Origin: Candidatus Eiseniibacteriota bacterium
GTDB lineage: Bacteria > Eisenbacteria > RBG-16-71-46
DNA: 64,000 nucleotides
NCBI GenBank assembly: GCA_963717505.1
Contig: OY970342.1
Location: 288,001-352,000, forward strand
Direction of reading: 5' to 3'
The translations under genes were made by a program, and so were the position numbers. Below the pieces are notes generated by a model. The model was not told the origin of the DNA, ran no database searches, and saw only the letters and a list, made by a program, of their open reading frames with translations. This document shows, piece by piece, positions 39,426 to 52,827 of this stretch (position 1 is its first letter; every line of letters starts with the position of its first letter).

Positions 39426-40868
39426 TTACGCCCCCGGCGGCACCTTGGTGTGCCAGTCGGTCCGCTCCTGGTAGATCCGTCCGAGGTCGACCAGATCGCG
39501 CTCCGAGAGTGCCGCGCCCATGAACGTGATCGACGTCGGCAGGTCGTTCTCACCGAAGCCGTTGGGCATACACAGCGCCGGCAGGCCGCACAGGTTTGCG
39601 GCCGGAATCAGCGGCGGCCCGCCCATGATGCCCGGGTAGGAGTCCTCGAAGTTCTTGTCGATCGGGTAGGCGACCGTGGCGCGTGTCGGTGACGCGATGA
39701 CGTCGAAACGATCGAACAACGCCGACACCGCGCGCTTCATCGGCGCGCGCAGACGCATGGCCTGCAGGTAGTCCACGGCCGGAATCAGCGTCGCGGCGTA
39801 GCCGCCGTGCCGGTCGCGCGGGCAGCGCAGCTCTTTCACCTTGCCGGCCTCGATCAGGTCAATGAACGCGGCCGCACCCTCGGCGCCGACGATCGCGCCG
39901 ATCGACGGGCCCCACGGGAACTCGGGCCACTCGACGTCGCGGGTCACGACTACCCGATCGCCCAGCACTTCGAGCGACTTCTCGAAGTTGTCGCGCACCT
40001 CGGGCTGCACCTTCTCGGTCACGCCCTTGGGGACGCCGACTCGGAACTTGCGCCCAGACGACATCGGGTCGGCGTGCTGGTAGGTGCCCTCGAGGCTGCT
40101 GGCGTCGTGCGGGTCCCTGCCCGCGATCGCGCCGAGCACAATGCTGCAGCAGTCGGCGCTACGCGCCATCGGCCCCAACTTGTCGAGCGTCCAGGAGAGC
40201 GCCATCGCACCGTGACGGCTGACCAGCCCGTAGGTCGGCCGCAGCCCGGTGACGCCCGAGTAGGCGCACGGTGTCAGGATCGAGCCCGACGTCTCGGAGC
40301 CGATCGCAAACGGCACGAGCCCCGCGGCCACCGCCGAGCCGGGACCACTCGACGAGCCGCCACTCCAGAACTTGTCGTTCCACGGCGTGATTCCAGGGCC
40401 GGTGAACGAGGCGTCGGCGTGGTTGTAGCCCATGCCGCCCGCCAGCTCGACCATCGCCAGTTTGGCGACCAGCACCGCGCCGGCCTCGCGCAGGCGGGTG
40501 ACCACCGTCGCGTCGTAGTCGAATACCTGCTTGCGATAGGGCGTCGCGCCCCACGTGGTCGGCACGCCCTTGGTCGCCACCAAATCCTTCGCGCCGTAGG
40601 GAATCCCGTGCAACGGACCCCGCCAGCGACCGGCCTTGATCTCCTTGGCAGCGGCGTTGGCCTCGCGACGCGCCGAGTCGGCCATCATGGTGACCACCGC
40701 GTTGTAGCGATCGCCGAGTCGGCGCAGGCGCTCGAGCGACAGCTCGGTGAGCGCGACCGGCGAGAGCTTCTGGTCGCGGATCTGCTGCGACAACTCGCGC
40801 AGCGTGAGGAACGTGTTCGCCGAGGCGGAAGCCTTGGCGGCGCCGGTCGCGGCCTTGGCCGGGCTCAT
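39426..40868 (-). CDS. Amidase-signature family enzyme
   Basis: GPLHGIPYGAKD, SGGSSSG and AIGSETSGSI (Ser-cisSer-Lys triad). Confidence 0.9.
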   Translation of the reverse strand: MSPAKAATGAAKASASANTFLTLRELSQQIRDQKLSPVALTELSLERLRRLGDRYNAVVTMMADSARREANAAAKEIKAGRWRGPLHGIPYGAKDLVATKGVPTTWGATPYRKQVFDYDATVVTRLREAGAVLVAKLAMVELAGGMGYNHADASFTGPGITPWNDKFWSGGSSSGPGSAVAAGLVPFAIGSETSGSILTPCAYSGVTGLRPTYGLVSRHGAMALSWTLDKLGPMARSADCCSIVLGAIAGRDPHDASSLEGTYQHADPMSSGRKFRVGVPKGVTEKVQPEVRDNFEKSLEVLGDRVVVTRDVEWPEFPWGPSIGAIVGAEGAAAFIDLIEAGKVKELRCPRDRHGGYAATLIPAVDYLQAMRLRAPMKRAVSALFDRFDVIASPTRATVAYPIDKNFEDSYPGIMGGPPLIPAANLCGLPALCMPNGFGENDLPTSITFMGAALSERDLVDLGRIYQERTDWHTKVPPGA

Positions 40869-41254
40869 GCGCGGAACACCGTGTCCGGCTCGTCGCTGTT
40901 CAGAAGCTTGGCCTCGCGCAGCGCCTTCCCGGCGCGCAGCCGGCCCTGCAGGTCACGCTCGAGGGTGGCGAGCTGCTCGGCGCTCAGGTGCTTGCCGTAG
41001 CGTCGCTCGAGGATTCCCACAAGCGCCTTGGCGTCAGCCGCGATCTCGGGCGGAACTTCCGGTTGGGCCGGAGCCGCCGGTGCCGGCGGGGTGACCTTCG
41101 CGGTGTCGGGCTTTGCCGCGGTCTGGGCCAGGGCGATCTGGACTCCGCCCATCGCGGTCGTTGCGCTGGCCAGGGCGGCGAGCTTCAAGAATCGGCGACG
41201 CTCACGCGAGAGCGTTGTGCGCTGGGCGCCGGTGCGGCTGCGGGAACGCGGCAT
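40865..41254 (-). CDS. Small Tat-signal protein, probable amidase partner
   Basis: SRERRRFLKLAALASA...ALA|Q twin-arginine signal. C-terminus LREAKLLNSDEPDTVF. ATGA overlap with the amidase start. Confidence 0.7.
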   Translation of the reverse strand: MPRSRSRTGAQRTTLSRERRRFLKLAALASATTAMGGVQIALAQTAAKPDTAKVTPPAPAAPAQPEVPPEIAADAKALVGILERRYGKHLSAEQLATLERDLQGRLRAGKALREAKLLNSDEPDTVFRA

Positions 41255-41419
41255 GGCGGGAAATGTCGCGCAATCGCGACCCGCCGGCAAATGACAGCGC
41301 CGCGGGTTCCCCGCGGCGCGTCGTCTCGGCGTTCGGTTTATGGGGGGCCGGGTGGCTCCCACCCCCAGCGGGTGGCGCGTCACGCGCGTCGCTCGCGGGC
41401 GGTTCGGCGTCCGGTGACG

Positions 41420-41623
41420 TCAGGCCTTGTTCGTGCGAATCCGGCAGGCGCCGTAGATCGGGCAGAATCCTACTATGCCCGTGATCAAGGACACGAAACC
41501 AAGCACCTTGAGTATCGTCGCCAACGCTCCGGAAACCACCCCTCCCCATCCGAGGTACAACAGGACCACACCCAATAACCCCCTAAGGATGCGATCCCAA
41601 CCGGCTTCGTTCAGCCGGAACAT
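41420..41623 (-). CDS. DUF2892 (YgaP-like) membrane protein
   Basis: NEAGWDRILRG..G...TGIVGFCPIY; GGAGG RBS. Confidence 0.88.
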   Translation of the reverse strand: MFRLNEAGWDRILRGLLGVVLLYLGWGGVVSGALATILKVLGFVSLITGIVGFCPIYGACRIRTNKA

Positions 41624-41671
41624 GGCACCACCTCCGTTCCAGCTATCGCGGCCCCTCGACCCGGTTATTTC

Positions 41672-41687
41672 AGCATCGGTCGTGCCA
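41672..41687 (-). promoter_or_regulatory. Putative sigma-54 (-24/-12) promoter of the DUF2892 gene
   Basis: Minus strand TGGCACGACCGATGCT against consensus TGGCACGNNNNTTGC, about 50 nt upstream of the ATG. Confidence 0.6.
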
Positions 41688-41867
41688 GGGCGGAGATGCC
41701 GGCAAGTCGTTGGAACGACAAGGTCCGGAATCCCGATCGCCGGCGGCGGATATGCCCCGGTGTCATGGGCAGCGCCAGGTTGGCAGGAAGCCGAGGAAGC
41801 CATGCGCTCGGTCGGAGTCCAGTCTTGGGCGGTTGCGCCCCGGCCGTGCCCGCCCCAGAGTGCCGCC

Positions 41868-42326
41868 ATGCGCGACCGCACGGCACCGGCCGATCCCGAC
41901 TACGCCGATCGGGTGCATGCGAGCTTTGCGCGCCAGACCGTCATGGCCACCCTCGGCGTCCGGCTCGACCGGGTGGAGCCGGGCGTGGTCGATCTGTCGT
42001 TTCCGTTCCGGGCCGACTTCACCCAGCAGCACGGTTTCATCCACGCCGGCATCCTGGCTACGGTGCTCGACAGCGCCTGCGGCTACGCCGCCTTCTCGTT
42101 GATGCCTGCCGACTCGGCCGTGCTGTCGGTCGAGGTCCGCATCCACTTGCTGGCCCCCGCCGACGGCGAGCGCTTCGTGGCGCGCGGTCGGGTGATTCGC
42201 GCCGGCCGCAACCTGACGGTCACGCAGGCCGACGGGTTCGCGATTCGCGACGGCGCCGAGCACCACGTCGCGATGATGACCGGAACCATGATGTGCGTCC
42301 GGGATCGACCCGGCCTCAAAGGATAA
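41868..42326 (+). CDS. PaaI family thioesterase
   Basis: TQQHGFIHAGILATVLDSACGYAA hotdog-fold motif. Confidence 0.9.
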   Translation: MRDRTAPADPDYADRVHASFARQTVMATLGVRLDRVEPGVVDLSFPFRADFTQQHGFIHAGILATVLDSACGYAAFSLMPADSAVLSVEVRIHLLAPADGERFVARGRVIRAGRNLTVTQADGFAIRDGAEHHVAMMTGTMMCVRDRPGLKG

Positions 42327-42399
42327 GATGGTCGCGCGCATCACCCGGCGTGTCGGCCCGAGTTTGGACCGTATGGCCTTTCCCAGGAGGGAACTTTCG

Positions 42400-43182
42400 A
42401 TGAAGCGCCTGCTACCCGCCGTTCTGTTGGCCGCGTTGCCCCTGATTACCGGCTGTGCCGCGGTGCCCGCCGAGCACATCGGGGTGATCGAAGTGTTCGG
42501 CGCCGTCCAGCCCAACACCTGGCCACCCGGACTCCACGCATGGGGTCCGTGGTTCGGTGTCCACCGCATCAACTGCCGCACCCAGCAGTTCGAGGAGAAG
42601 ACTCAGACCCCGACCAACGAGGGTCTGGTGGTGGGTCTCGATGTCAGCGTGGTGTTCCACATCGACCCCAAGTTCGCGAAGGACGTCTACGCACGCTACG
42701 GCGGGATGGACGGGCTGATCGAGAACGTTCTGATGCCCGAGTTCCGGTCGTCCATCCGCGACGTCACTGCAGGGTTCAACGCCTCGGACCTCTATTCCAG
42801 CCGCCGCAACGAAGTCACTACGAAGATGCAGGATGAGCTGAGCACTCGACTCGAGGGCCGGGGTGTTGTCCTCGAGGCTCTCCTGCTGCGCGGGATTACG
42901 CTGCCCGAGCAGGTCGCCAACGCGGTGCAGGCCAAGCTGGCCGCCGACCAGCAGGCGCAACAAATGGAGTTCGTGCTCAAGAAGGAGCAGCGCGAGGCCG
43001 AGCGCAAGCGGATCGAGGCGCAGGGCATCGCCGACTACCAGCGCATCGTCAGCTCGGGCCTCACCGAATCGCTGTTGCGCTGGAAGGGGATCGAGGCGAC
43101 GGCCAAGCTGGCCGAATCGCAGAACGCGAAGGTGGTGGTCGTGGGAGGCAAGGACGGCCTGCCGTTGATCCTGAATCCGTAG
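42400..43182 (+). CDS. SPFH/prohibitin family lipoprotein
   Basis: LITGC lipobox; EAERKRIEAQGIADYQ; GGKDGLPLIL. Confidence 0.9.
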   Translation: MKRLLPAVLLAALPLITGCAAVPAEHIGVIEVFGAVQPNTWPPGLHAWGPWFGVHRINCRTQQFEEKTQTPTNEGLVVGLDVSVVFHIDPKFAKDVYARYGGMDGLIENVLMPEFRSSIRDVTAGFNASDLYSSRRNEVTTKMQDELSTRLEGRGVVLEALLLRGITLPEQVANAVQAKLAADQQAQQMEFVLKKEQREAERKRIEAQGIADYQRIVSSGLTESLLRWKGIEATAKLAESQNAKVVVVGGKDGLPLILNP

Positions 43183-43226
43183 AGGCCCTGGCCAACGCAC
43201 CGCACGCAGCGGCGCAAGCGTCGCGA

Positions 43227-43916
43227 TCAGCGCCAGCGGCGCTTGACGCTGCCCCACGTCGCCGCCTGAACCGGCGTCAGGAAGTCGGCGACGCTGTCGA
43301 GCGTCGTGTAGATGAAGTCCTTGCCCGGGTCGAACGTGCCGTCTGCGGCGTTGGCAGCGGCCGCGAAATACACGGTTCCCGCTCCCACGGTTGGCGCCTG
43401 CCACTGGAACTGCCAGGTGACCGGGCCGGCGACGCCGGTCTGGGTGCCGAGGAACTGGTGTTCGACGTAGCTCCGGGATTCCCAGGGCCCTGGCTCTCCC
43501 TCGACGACCTGCAGCTCGTTCAGGTTCGTGACGCTGAACGCGCCCGCGCCTTGGCCATTCGAGGCCAGGAACGCCGTCATCTGGAAACCCCATTTGCGGC
43601 CCGGTATGAATGCCGTCGAGTCGCTCCACACCCGCACCTCGATGGGATAGGTCTGCCCGCCCACGTAGGTGCCGGGCAATACCAACTCGATCGCGCCACC
43701 CGGAAGATTCACGTTGGGCACGCGGTTTCCGAGGTCGTCGTAGGTCTGGTGGCACTGCCCGCAGATGCTCTCCGCGGGCACGCTGCCTACCGCCGGGGCG
43801 CCGGTCATCGACGGCGGCGGGCCGGTAGAAAAGCGGCTCGAGGCGACCGCGACCCCGGCGGCAAGGGTCAGGAAGCTCAGGAGGTAGGGGATCGAGGGCT
43901 TCATCGAGCGATTCAT
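43227..43916 (-). CDS. Secreted Reeler/choice-of-anchor V-like protein with TWGxxK tail
   Basis: TGAP...CGQCH, WGFQMT, WQFQWQAP and AANAADG....D.IY. Ends TPVQAATWGSVKRRWR. Confidence 0.75.
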   Translation of the reverse strand: MNRSMKPSIPYLLSFLTLAAGVAVASSRFSTGPPPSMTGAPAVGSVPAESICGQCHQTYDDLGNRVPNVNLPGGAIELVLPGTYVGGQTYPIEVRVWSDSTAFIPGRKWGFQMTAFLASNGQGAGAFSVTNLNELQVVEGEPGPWESRSYVEHQFLGTQTGVAGPVTWQFQWQAPTVGAGTVYFAAAANAADGTFDPGKDFIYTTLDSVADFLTPVQAATWGSVKRRWR

Positions 43917-44007
43917 GGGTCGGGTTCGCCGAATGGCGAAACAGAATTGTATCGGACGAAACCGTGTCCGAGGAGTAGAATGTCGGGTCTTGTACGGAGC
44001 TACCCCC

Positions 44008-46179
44008 ATGGTCCGTGTGTTCTCCATTGCTCTCCCATCCCGGGGCCTACTCCTGAAGGTGCTGCCGGTGGCCTGGGCCCTGGTCCTCATTGGGCCCGCG
44101 GCCGGCGCCGACGTACCGCCCGGGTACCTCTACGTCTCGCCCACGCCTGGGTCCCGCTACGTCTCTCCGCACAACAACGTGGCGATTCGCGGCGACCGGC
44201 TGCTGGATCGCGGGTCGTTGGGCGCCCGGACGATCGTGGTCGTCGGGTCGGCCAGCGGCGAACACACCGGAGCTCTTGACCTCTCGGATGACGGCCGAAC
44301 ACTCGTGTTCGTTCCCGACCGGCCCTATCGCCTGGGGGAACGGATCTCGGTGACCGTCGCGCCCGGCGTGCGAGCGACGGATGGTTCGCCGCTGCCACCC
44401 CTCGATTTCGAGTTCTTCGTCGGGTCGGTGGACCCACGGGCCCAGCCGTGGCGAAACCGAGTGTTGGACCCGTTCGATGCACGCGCCTCGCGCGGGTTCG
44501 AATGGCCGCTGGCGGCGACTCCGGTTGCAGTCGCGGTCGGCGACAGCCTGCCCGCCTCCTATCCGCCGATCTACGTGATCTACTCCCGGGATCCCGAGCC
44601 CGGGCATCTGTTCATGACCCCCAACCCCCCGGGACAGCCGGTCCAGGGGAACCTGGTCATCATGGACAACTTCGGTCAGCCGCTCTTCTACCGGCGCATG
44701 CCAGGGCGCACGACCGACTTCAACAAGCACGCCAACGGCCGGCTGAGCTTTTTTCACGACGAGACCTTTCGCTACTACTTGCTCGATGCCAACTACTCGG
44801 TGGTCGACAGCTTCGAGACCGGCAACGGCTACCAGACCGACAACCACGAACTGCAACTCCTGCCCAACGGCCACGCGCTCATGATGGCCTACGACGACCA
44901 GCCGGTCGGCATGGACACGGTGATCGCCGGCGGCAACCCGAACGCGCTGGTGACCGGCCTGATCATCCAGGAAGTCGATGCGGCCAAGAACGTGGTGTTC
45001 CAGTGGCGGAGCTGGGACCACTTCGGCATCCTCGACGAGAACTCCTGCACGGTCGACCCGCTGGCCGCGACCGTGGACTACGTGCACGCCAACTCGATCG
45101 AGCTGGACCACGACGGCAACCTGTTGATCTCCTCGCGCCACCTGAACGAGATCACCAAGATCGACCGCCAGACCGGCGAGGTCCTCTGGCGCATGGGGCA
45201 AAACGCGCTCAGGAACCAGTTCACCTTTGTCGGCGACACGCGCGGATTCTCGCACCAGCACGACGCGCGGCGCCTGCCAAACGGAAACCTGATCCTGTTC
45301 GACAACGGCAATTGCATGGACACGCTGTATTCGCGGGCGATCGAGTACCAGCTCGACGAGGTGAACAAGGTGGCGACCCGGGTGTGGCAGTACCGGGACT
45401 CCCCGGACGTTTACGGGCGGGCGACCGGCGGCGTGCAGCGTCGAGCGACCGCCAGCACGCTGGTCGACTGGGGCTTCGGCTGCAAGGTAACCGACCTGCA
45501 CCCGGACGGCACCAAAGCTTTCGAGGTGTTGTTTGGGGTCCTGAACATGCAGACCTACCGCGCCTACCGATACCCCTGGACCACGACCCAGTTTGCGCTG
45601 GATGCCGAGCTCATCGACTTCGGCCAAGTCGCGGTGGGCGACTCGATGACCTGGCCGCTGCGAGTGACCAACACCTGGAATCAGCCGATCGAGATCGGTG
45701 CCTTCGTCAGCACCGAGCCGAGGTTCCGTGTGCTGAATCCCGTCCCGGTGACCATTCCGGTCGCGGGATTCGCGACCGTGGACGTCGTGTTCACGCCGGT
45801 GGCTTCGGGTCCGGTTCGTGCCATGCTGTACGCTCGCGCGGTGAACGACACTGAACTGGTCGCGCAATCCGTCGAGCTGCGCGGCACCGGTCCGACCGCG
45901 TCGGTCGAGCGTCCCGATCACGATCTTGCGTTGTCGGTCTGGCCCAGTCCCAGTCGCGGCGCGACGCGCTTGGCTTTCACCCTGCCGCGCACGGATCACG
46001 CGCGGATTCGCGTCCTCGACGTTCAAGGCCGGGTGCGCGCGGTGCTGGCCGACCGCTCCTTCCCGGCCGGCCGTCACGAGCTGGCGTGGAGCGCCGGGTC
46101 CTCGCCCGCGGGGCTCTATCTCGTTCAGTTCGAGAGTGGCGGGCGGAGCACGATCCGGAAGCTGGCCATCATTCCATGA
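44008..46179 (+). CDS. Aryl-sulfate sulfotransferase family protein with Ig-like and T9SS-type domains (copy 1)
   Basis: DNHEL, IQE.D...VVFQW, DYVHANSI, SSRH, FSHQHDAR, FDNG and YRAYR. Confidence 0.85.
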   Translation: MVRVFSIALPSRGLLLKVLPVAWALVLIGPAAGADVPPGYLYVSPTPGSRYVSPHNNVAIRGDRLLDRGSLGARTIVVVGSASGEHTGALDLSDDGRTLVFVPDRPYRLGERISVTVAPGVRATDGSPLPPLDFEFFVGSVDPRAQPWRNRVLDPFDARASRGFEWPLAATPVAVAVGDSLPASYPPIYVIYSRDPEPGHLFMTPNPPGQPVQGNLVIMDNFGQPLFYRRMPGRTTDFNKHANGRLSFFHDETFRYYLLDANYSVVDSFETGNGYQTDNHELQLLPNGHALMMAYDDQPVGMDTVIAGGNPNALVTGLIIQEVDAAKNVVFQWRSWDHFGILDENSCTVDPLAATVDYVHANSIELDHDGNLLISSRHLNEITKIDRQTGEVLWRMGQNALRNQFTFVGDTRGFSHQHDARRLPNGNLILFDNGNCMDTLYSRAIEYQLDEVNKVATRVWQYRDSPDVYGRATGGVQRRATASTLVDWGFGCKVTDLHPDGTKAFEVLFGVLNMQTYRAYRYPWTTTQFALDAELIDFGQVAVGDSMTWPLRVTNTWNQPIEIGAFVSTEPRFRVLNPVPVTIPVAGFATVDVVFTPVASGPVRAMLYARAVNDTELVAQSVELRGTGPTASVERPDHDLALSVWPSPSRGATRLAFTLPRTDHARIRVLDVQGRVRAVLADRSFPAGRHELAWSAGSSPAGLYLVQFESGGRSTIRKLAIIP

Positions 46180-48323
46180 GTCACAAAGCCTGGGCGTGGT
46201 CGATCGTCCTAGGCGCGGCGGTCGGAATCGCGAGCGCGGCCCAAGGCTCGATTCCTCCCGGGTATACGTACGTCTCACCGGCGCCCGGGTCTCGGTACGT
46301 TTCCCCTGGCAACAACGTTGCGCTGCGCAGTGCGCGGGCCCTCGATCCGTCCTCGCTCGACACTCGGCTCTTCTCGGTCGTCGGATCGCTGAGCGGACCG
46401 CACGACGGGCGGCTCACGCTCGCAGACGATGGGCGCACCCTGATGTTCGTGCCGAGCCATCGCTTCGCCTTCGGCGAGCGGGTCACCGTGACCCTGAGCT
46501 CCGGCCTGCGCACGGCGTCGGGCGAGACCCTGCCGCCTCTCGATTTCGACTTCGCGATCGCCGTAGAGCGCCCGACCACCGGGTCGCGAACGTCGATCGA
46601 ATCGGACGAGAGCCCCGGCGATGCACTCCTGTCTTCGATCCCATCGCTGCCGTCGTCGCCGACCGCGGTCGGCCCGGTGCCTCCGAGCTATCCCCCGATC
46701 ATCATCCAGAGTCTGAACGACCCCGAGCCCGGCCACCTGTTCATGACCCCGAACCCGCTGCCGCCCACGGTCCACGGCAATCTGGTGATCGTCGACAACG
46801 AGGGCGAGCCGATGTTCTACCGCCGGAACCCGCAGCGCGTTCAGGACTTCAAGATGCAGCCGAGCGGACTCCTCACCTACTTCGACAACACCCCGAGCAG
46901 GTTCAAGTTCTACGGGCTCGACAGCACCTACACCGTGGTCGACAGCTTCGACGTCGGCAACGGCTACGACCTGCCGGATTTCCACGAGCTGCAGGTCCTG
47001 CCCAACGGGCACGCGCTGATGATGATCTACGACCCGCAGCCGGTGCGCATGGACTCCGTGGTCGCCGGCGGCAATCCGAACGCAGTGGTCACCGGCCTGG
47101 TCCTGCAGGAGATCGACGCGTCGAAGAACGTGGTGTTCCAGTGGCGGAGCTGGGACCACTTCGAGATCACCGACGCCGATGCCTGCACGGTCAATCTGAC
47201 CAGCGCGACAATCGACTACGTGCACGGCAACGCCATCGAGCTGGACCACGACGGCAACTGGCTGATCTCGTCACGCCACATGAACGAGATCACCAAGATC
47301 GATCGCGAGACCGGGAACATCATTTGGCGCTTCGGTTTCAACGCCCGCAACAACCAGTTCTCGTTCTTCGGCGACACGCGCGGCTTCTCGCATCAGCACG
47401 ACATCCGGCGGCTGCCCAGCGGCAACATCACGCTCTACGACAATGGCAACTGCCTCGACCCCGAGTACTCGCGCGGGCTCGAGTACGTGCTGGACGAGAC
47501 CAAGAAGGTCGCGACCCTGGTCTGGGAGTACCGGGACTCGCCCGACACGTACGGGCGCGCCACCGGAAACGTGCAACGCCGCCCGAGCGGCGGCACGCTG
47601 ATCAACTGGGGGTTTGGCCGCAAGGTGACCGACCTCCACCCCGACGACACCAAGGCCATCGAGGTGGTGTTCGGCGTCACCAACATGTCGACCTACCGCG
47701 CGTTTCGGTTTCCCTGGAGCACGAGCCAGTTCGCGCTCGACGCCACGGAGTTGGATTTCGGTCAGGTCGAGCTCGGCGACTCGACTACCTTACCGCTCAC
47801 CGTGCGCAACCGATGGAACCGCCCGATCGAGATCGACGCGTTCGCGAGCACCAGCGATTGGTTTCGCGTCTGGGATCCGCTGCCGTTGACCGTGGCCCCG
47901 GGCGCCACCGCGACCGTGAACGTCGTGTTCAAACCGCTGGGCACGGGTGCGGTCGAGGGCACCCTCTACGCGCGAGCGATCAACGACACCGAGTTGGTCG
48001 CACAGCGAGTCGCGGTGCGCGGTCGTGGACCGACGGCATCGACCCCGAGCCCACCCCTGGGCGCGATCGCGTTCGCCGTCCACCCGAGCCCGAGCCACGG
48101 ACCGACGCGCGTGACCTTCGACCTGACCACCGCCGACCAGGTCCGCATCCAGGTGCTGGACGTCCAGGGGCGCGTGCGCTCGACGCTCGCGGATCGCGAG
48201 TTCCCGGCCGGACGTCACGAGCTTCCGTGGAACGCCGGTTCGCTGCCAGCCGGGCTCTACTTCGTGCGCCTCGAGCGCCCGGAAGCGACTCATCTCGTGC
48301 GCCGGGTCGCAATGGTCCCCTAG
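46176..48323 (+). CDS. Aryl-sulfate sulfotransferase family protein (copy 2, tandem paralog)
   Basis: Same motifs and domain order as copy 1 (DFHEL, DYVHGNAI, FSHQHDIR). ATGA overlap. Confidence 0.85.
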   Translation: MSHKAWAWSIVLGAAVGIASAAQGSIPPGYTYVSPAPGSRYVSPGNNVALRSARALDPSSLDTRLFSVVGSLSGPHDGRLTLADDGRTLMFVPSHRFAFGERVTVTLSSGLRTASGETLPPLDFDFAIAVERPTTGSRTSIESDESPGDALLSSIPSLPSSPTAVGPVPPSYPPIIIQSLNDPEPGHLFMTPNPLPPTVHGNLVIVDNEGEPMFYRRNPQRVQDFKMQPSGLLTYFDNTPSRFKFYGLDSTYTVVDSFDVGNGYDLPDFHELQVLPNGHALMMIYDPQPVRMDSVVAGGNPNAVVTGLVLQEIDASKNVVFQWRSWDHFEITDADACTVNLTSATIDYVHGNAIELDHDGNWLISSRHMNEITKIDRETGNIIWRFGFNARNNQFSFFGDTRGFSHQHDIRRLPSGNITLYDNGNCLDPEYSRGLEYVLDETKKVATLVWEYRDSPDTYGRATGNVQRRPSGGTLINWGFGRKVTDLHPDDTKAIEVVFGVTNMSTYRAFRFPWSTSQFALDATELDFGQVELGDSTTLPLTVRNRWNRPIEIDAFASTSDWFRVWDPLPLTVAPGATATVNVVFKPLGTGAVEGTLYARAINDTELVAQRVAVRGRGPTASTPSPPLGAIAFAVHPSPSHGPTRVTFDLTTADQVRIQVLDVQGRVRSTLADREFPAGRHELPWNAGSLPAGLYFVRLERPEATHLVRRVAMVP

Positions 48324-48364
48324 CGCACGCGCCGTCCGGCGGAGATCGCCTTCGACTTCGACCG

Positions 48365-52669
<4,305 letters not shown>

Positions 52670-52827
52670 GTCGCGTCCTTTCCGGTGCGAAGGCACACAG
52701 GGCCTTCGGGGAGAACGGGGGACACACAGGGTCCCTGGAACGGTTTCTACTCTACTCCTATCGGCACCCCCGGCGAAAGATCCAAAGGTGGGCTAGAATG
52801 TCAGCCCACTCCGGAGTCGGAGGCCGA

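Noticed and set aside
39426-41254. gatCA of the tRNA-dependent amidotransferase
   Set aside because: No gatB, the small protein has a Tat signal, and the amidase has SETSGS rather than the GatA-type SDTGGS.
41690-41860. Structured ncRNA or riboswitch in the divergent intergenic region
   Set aside because: No recognisable conserved motif by eye; an Rfam/Infernal scan would be needed.
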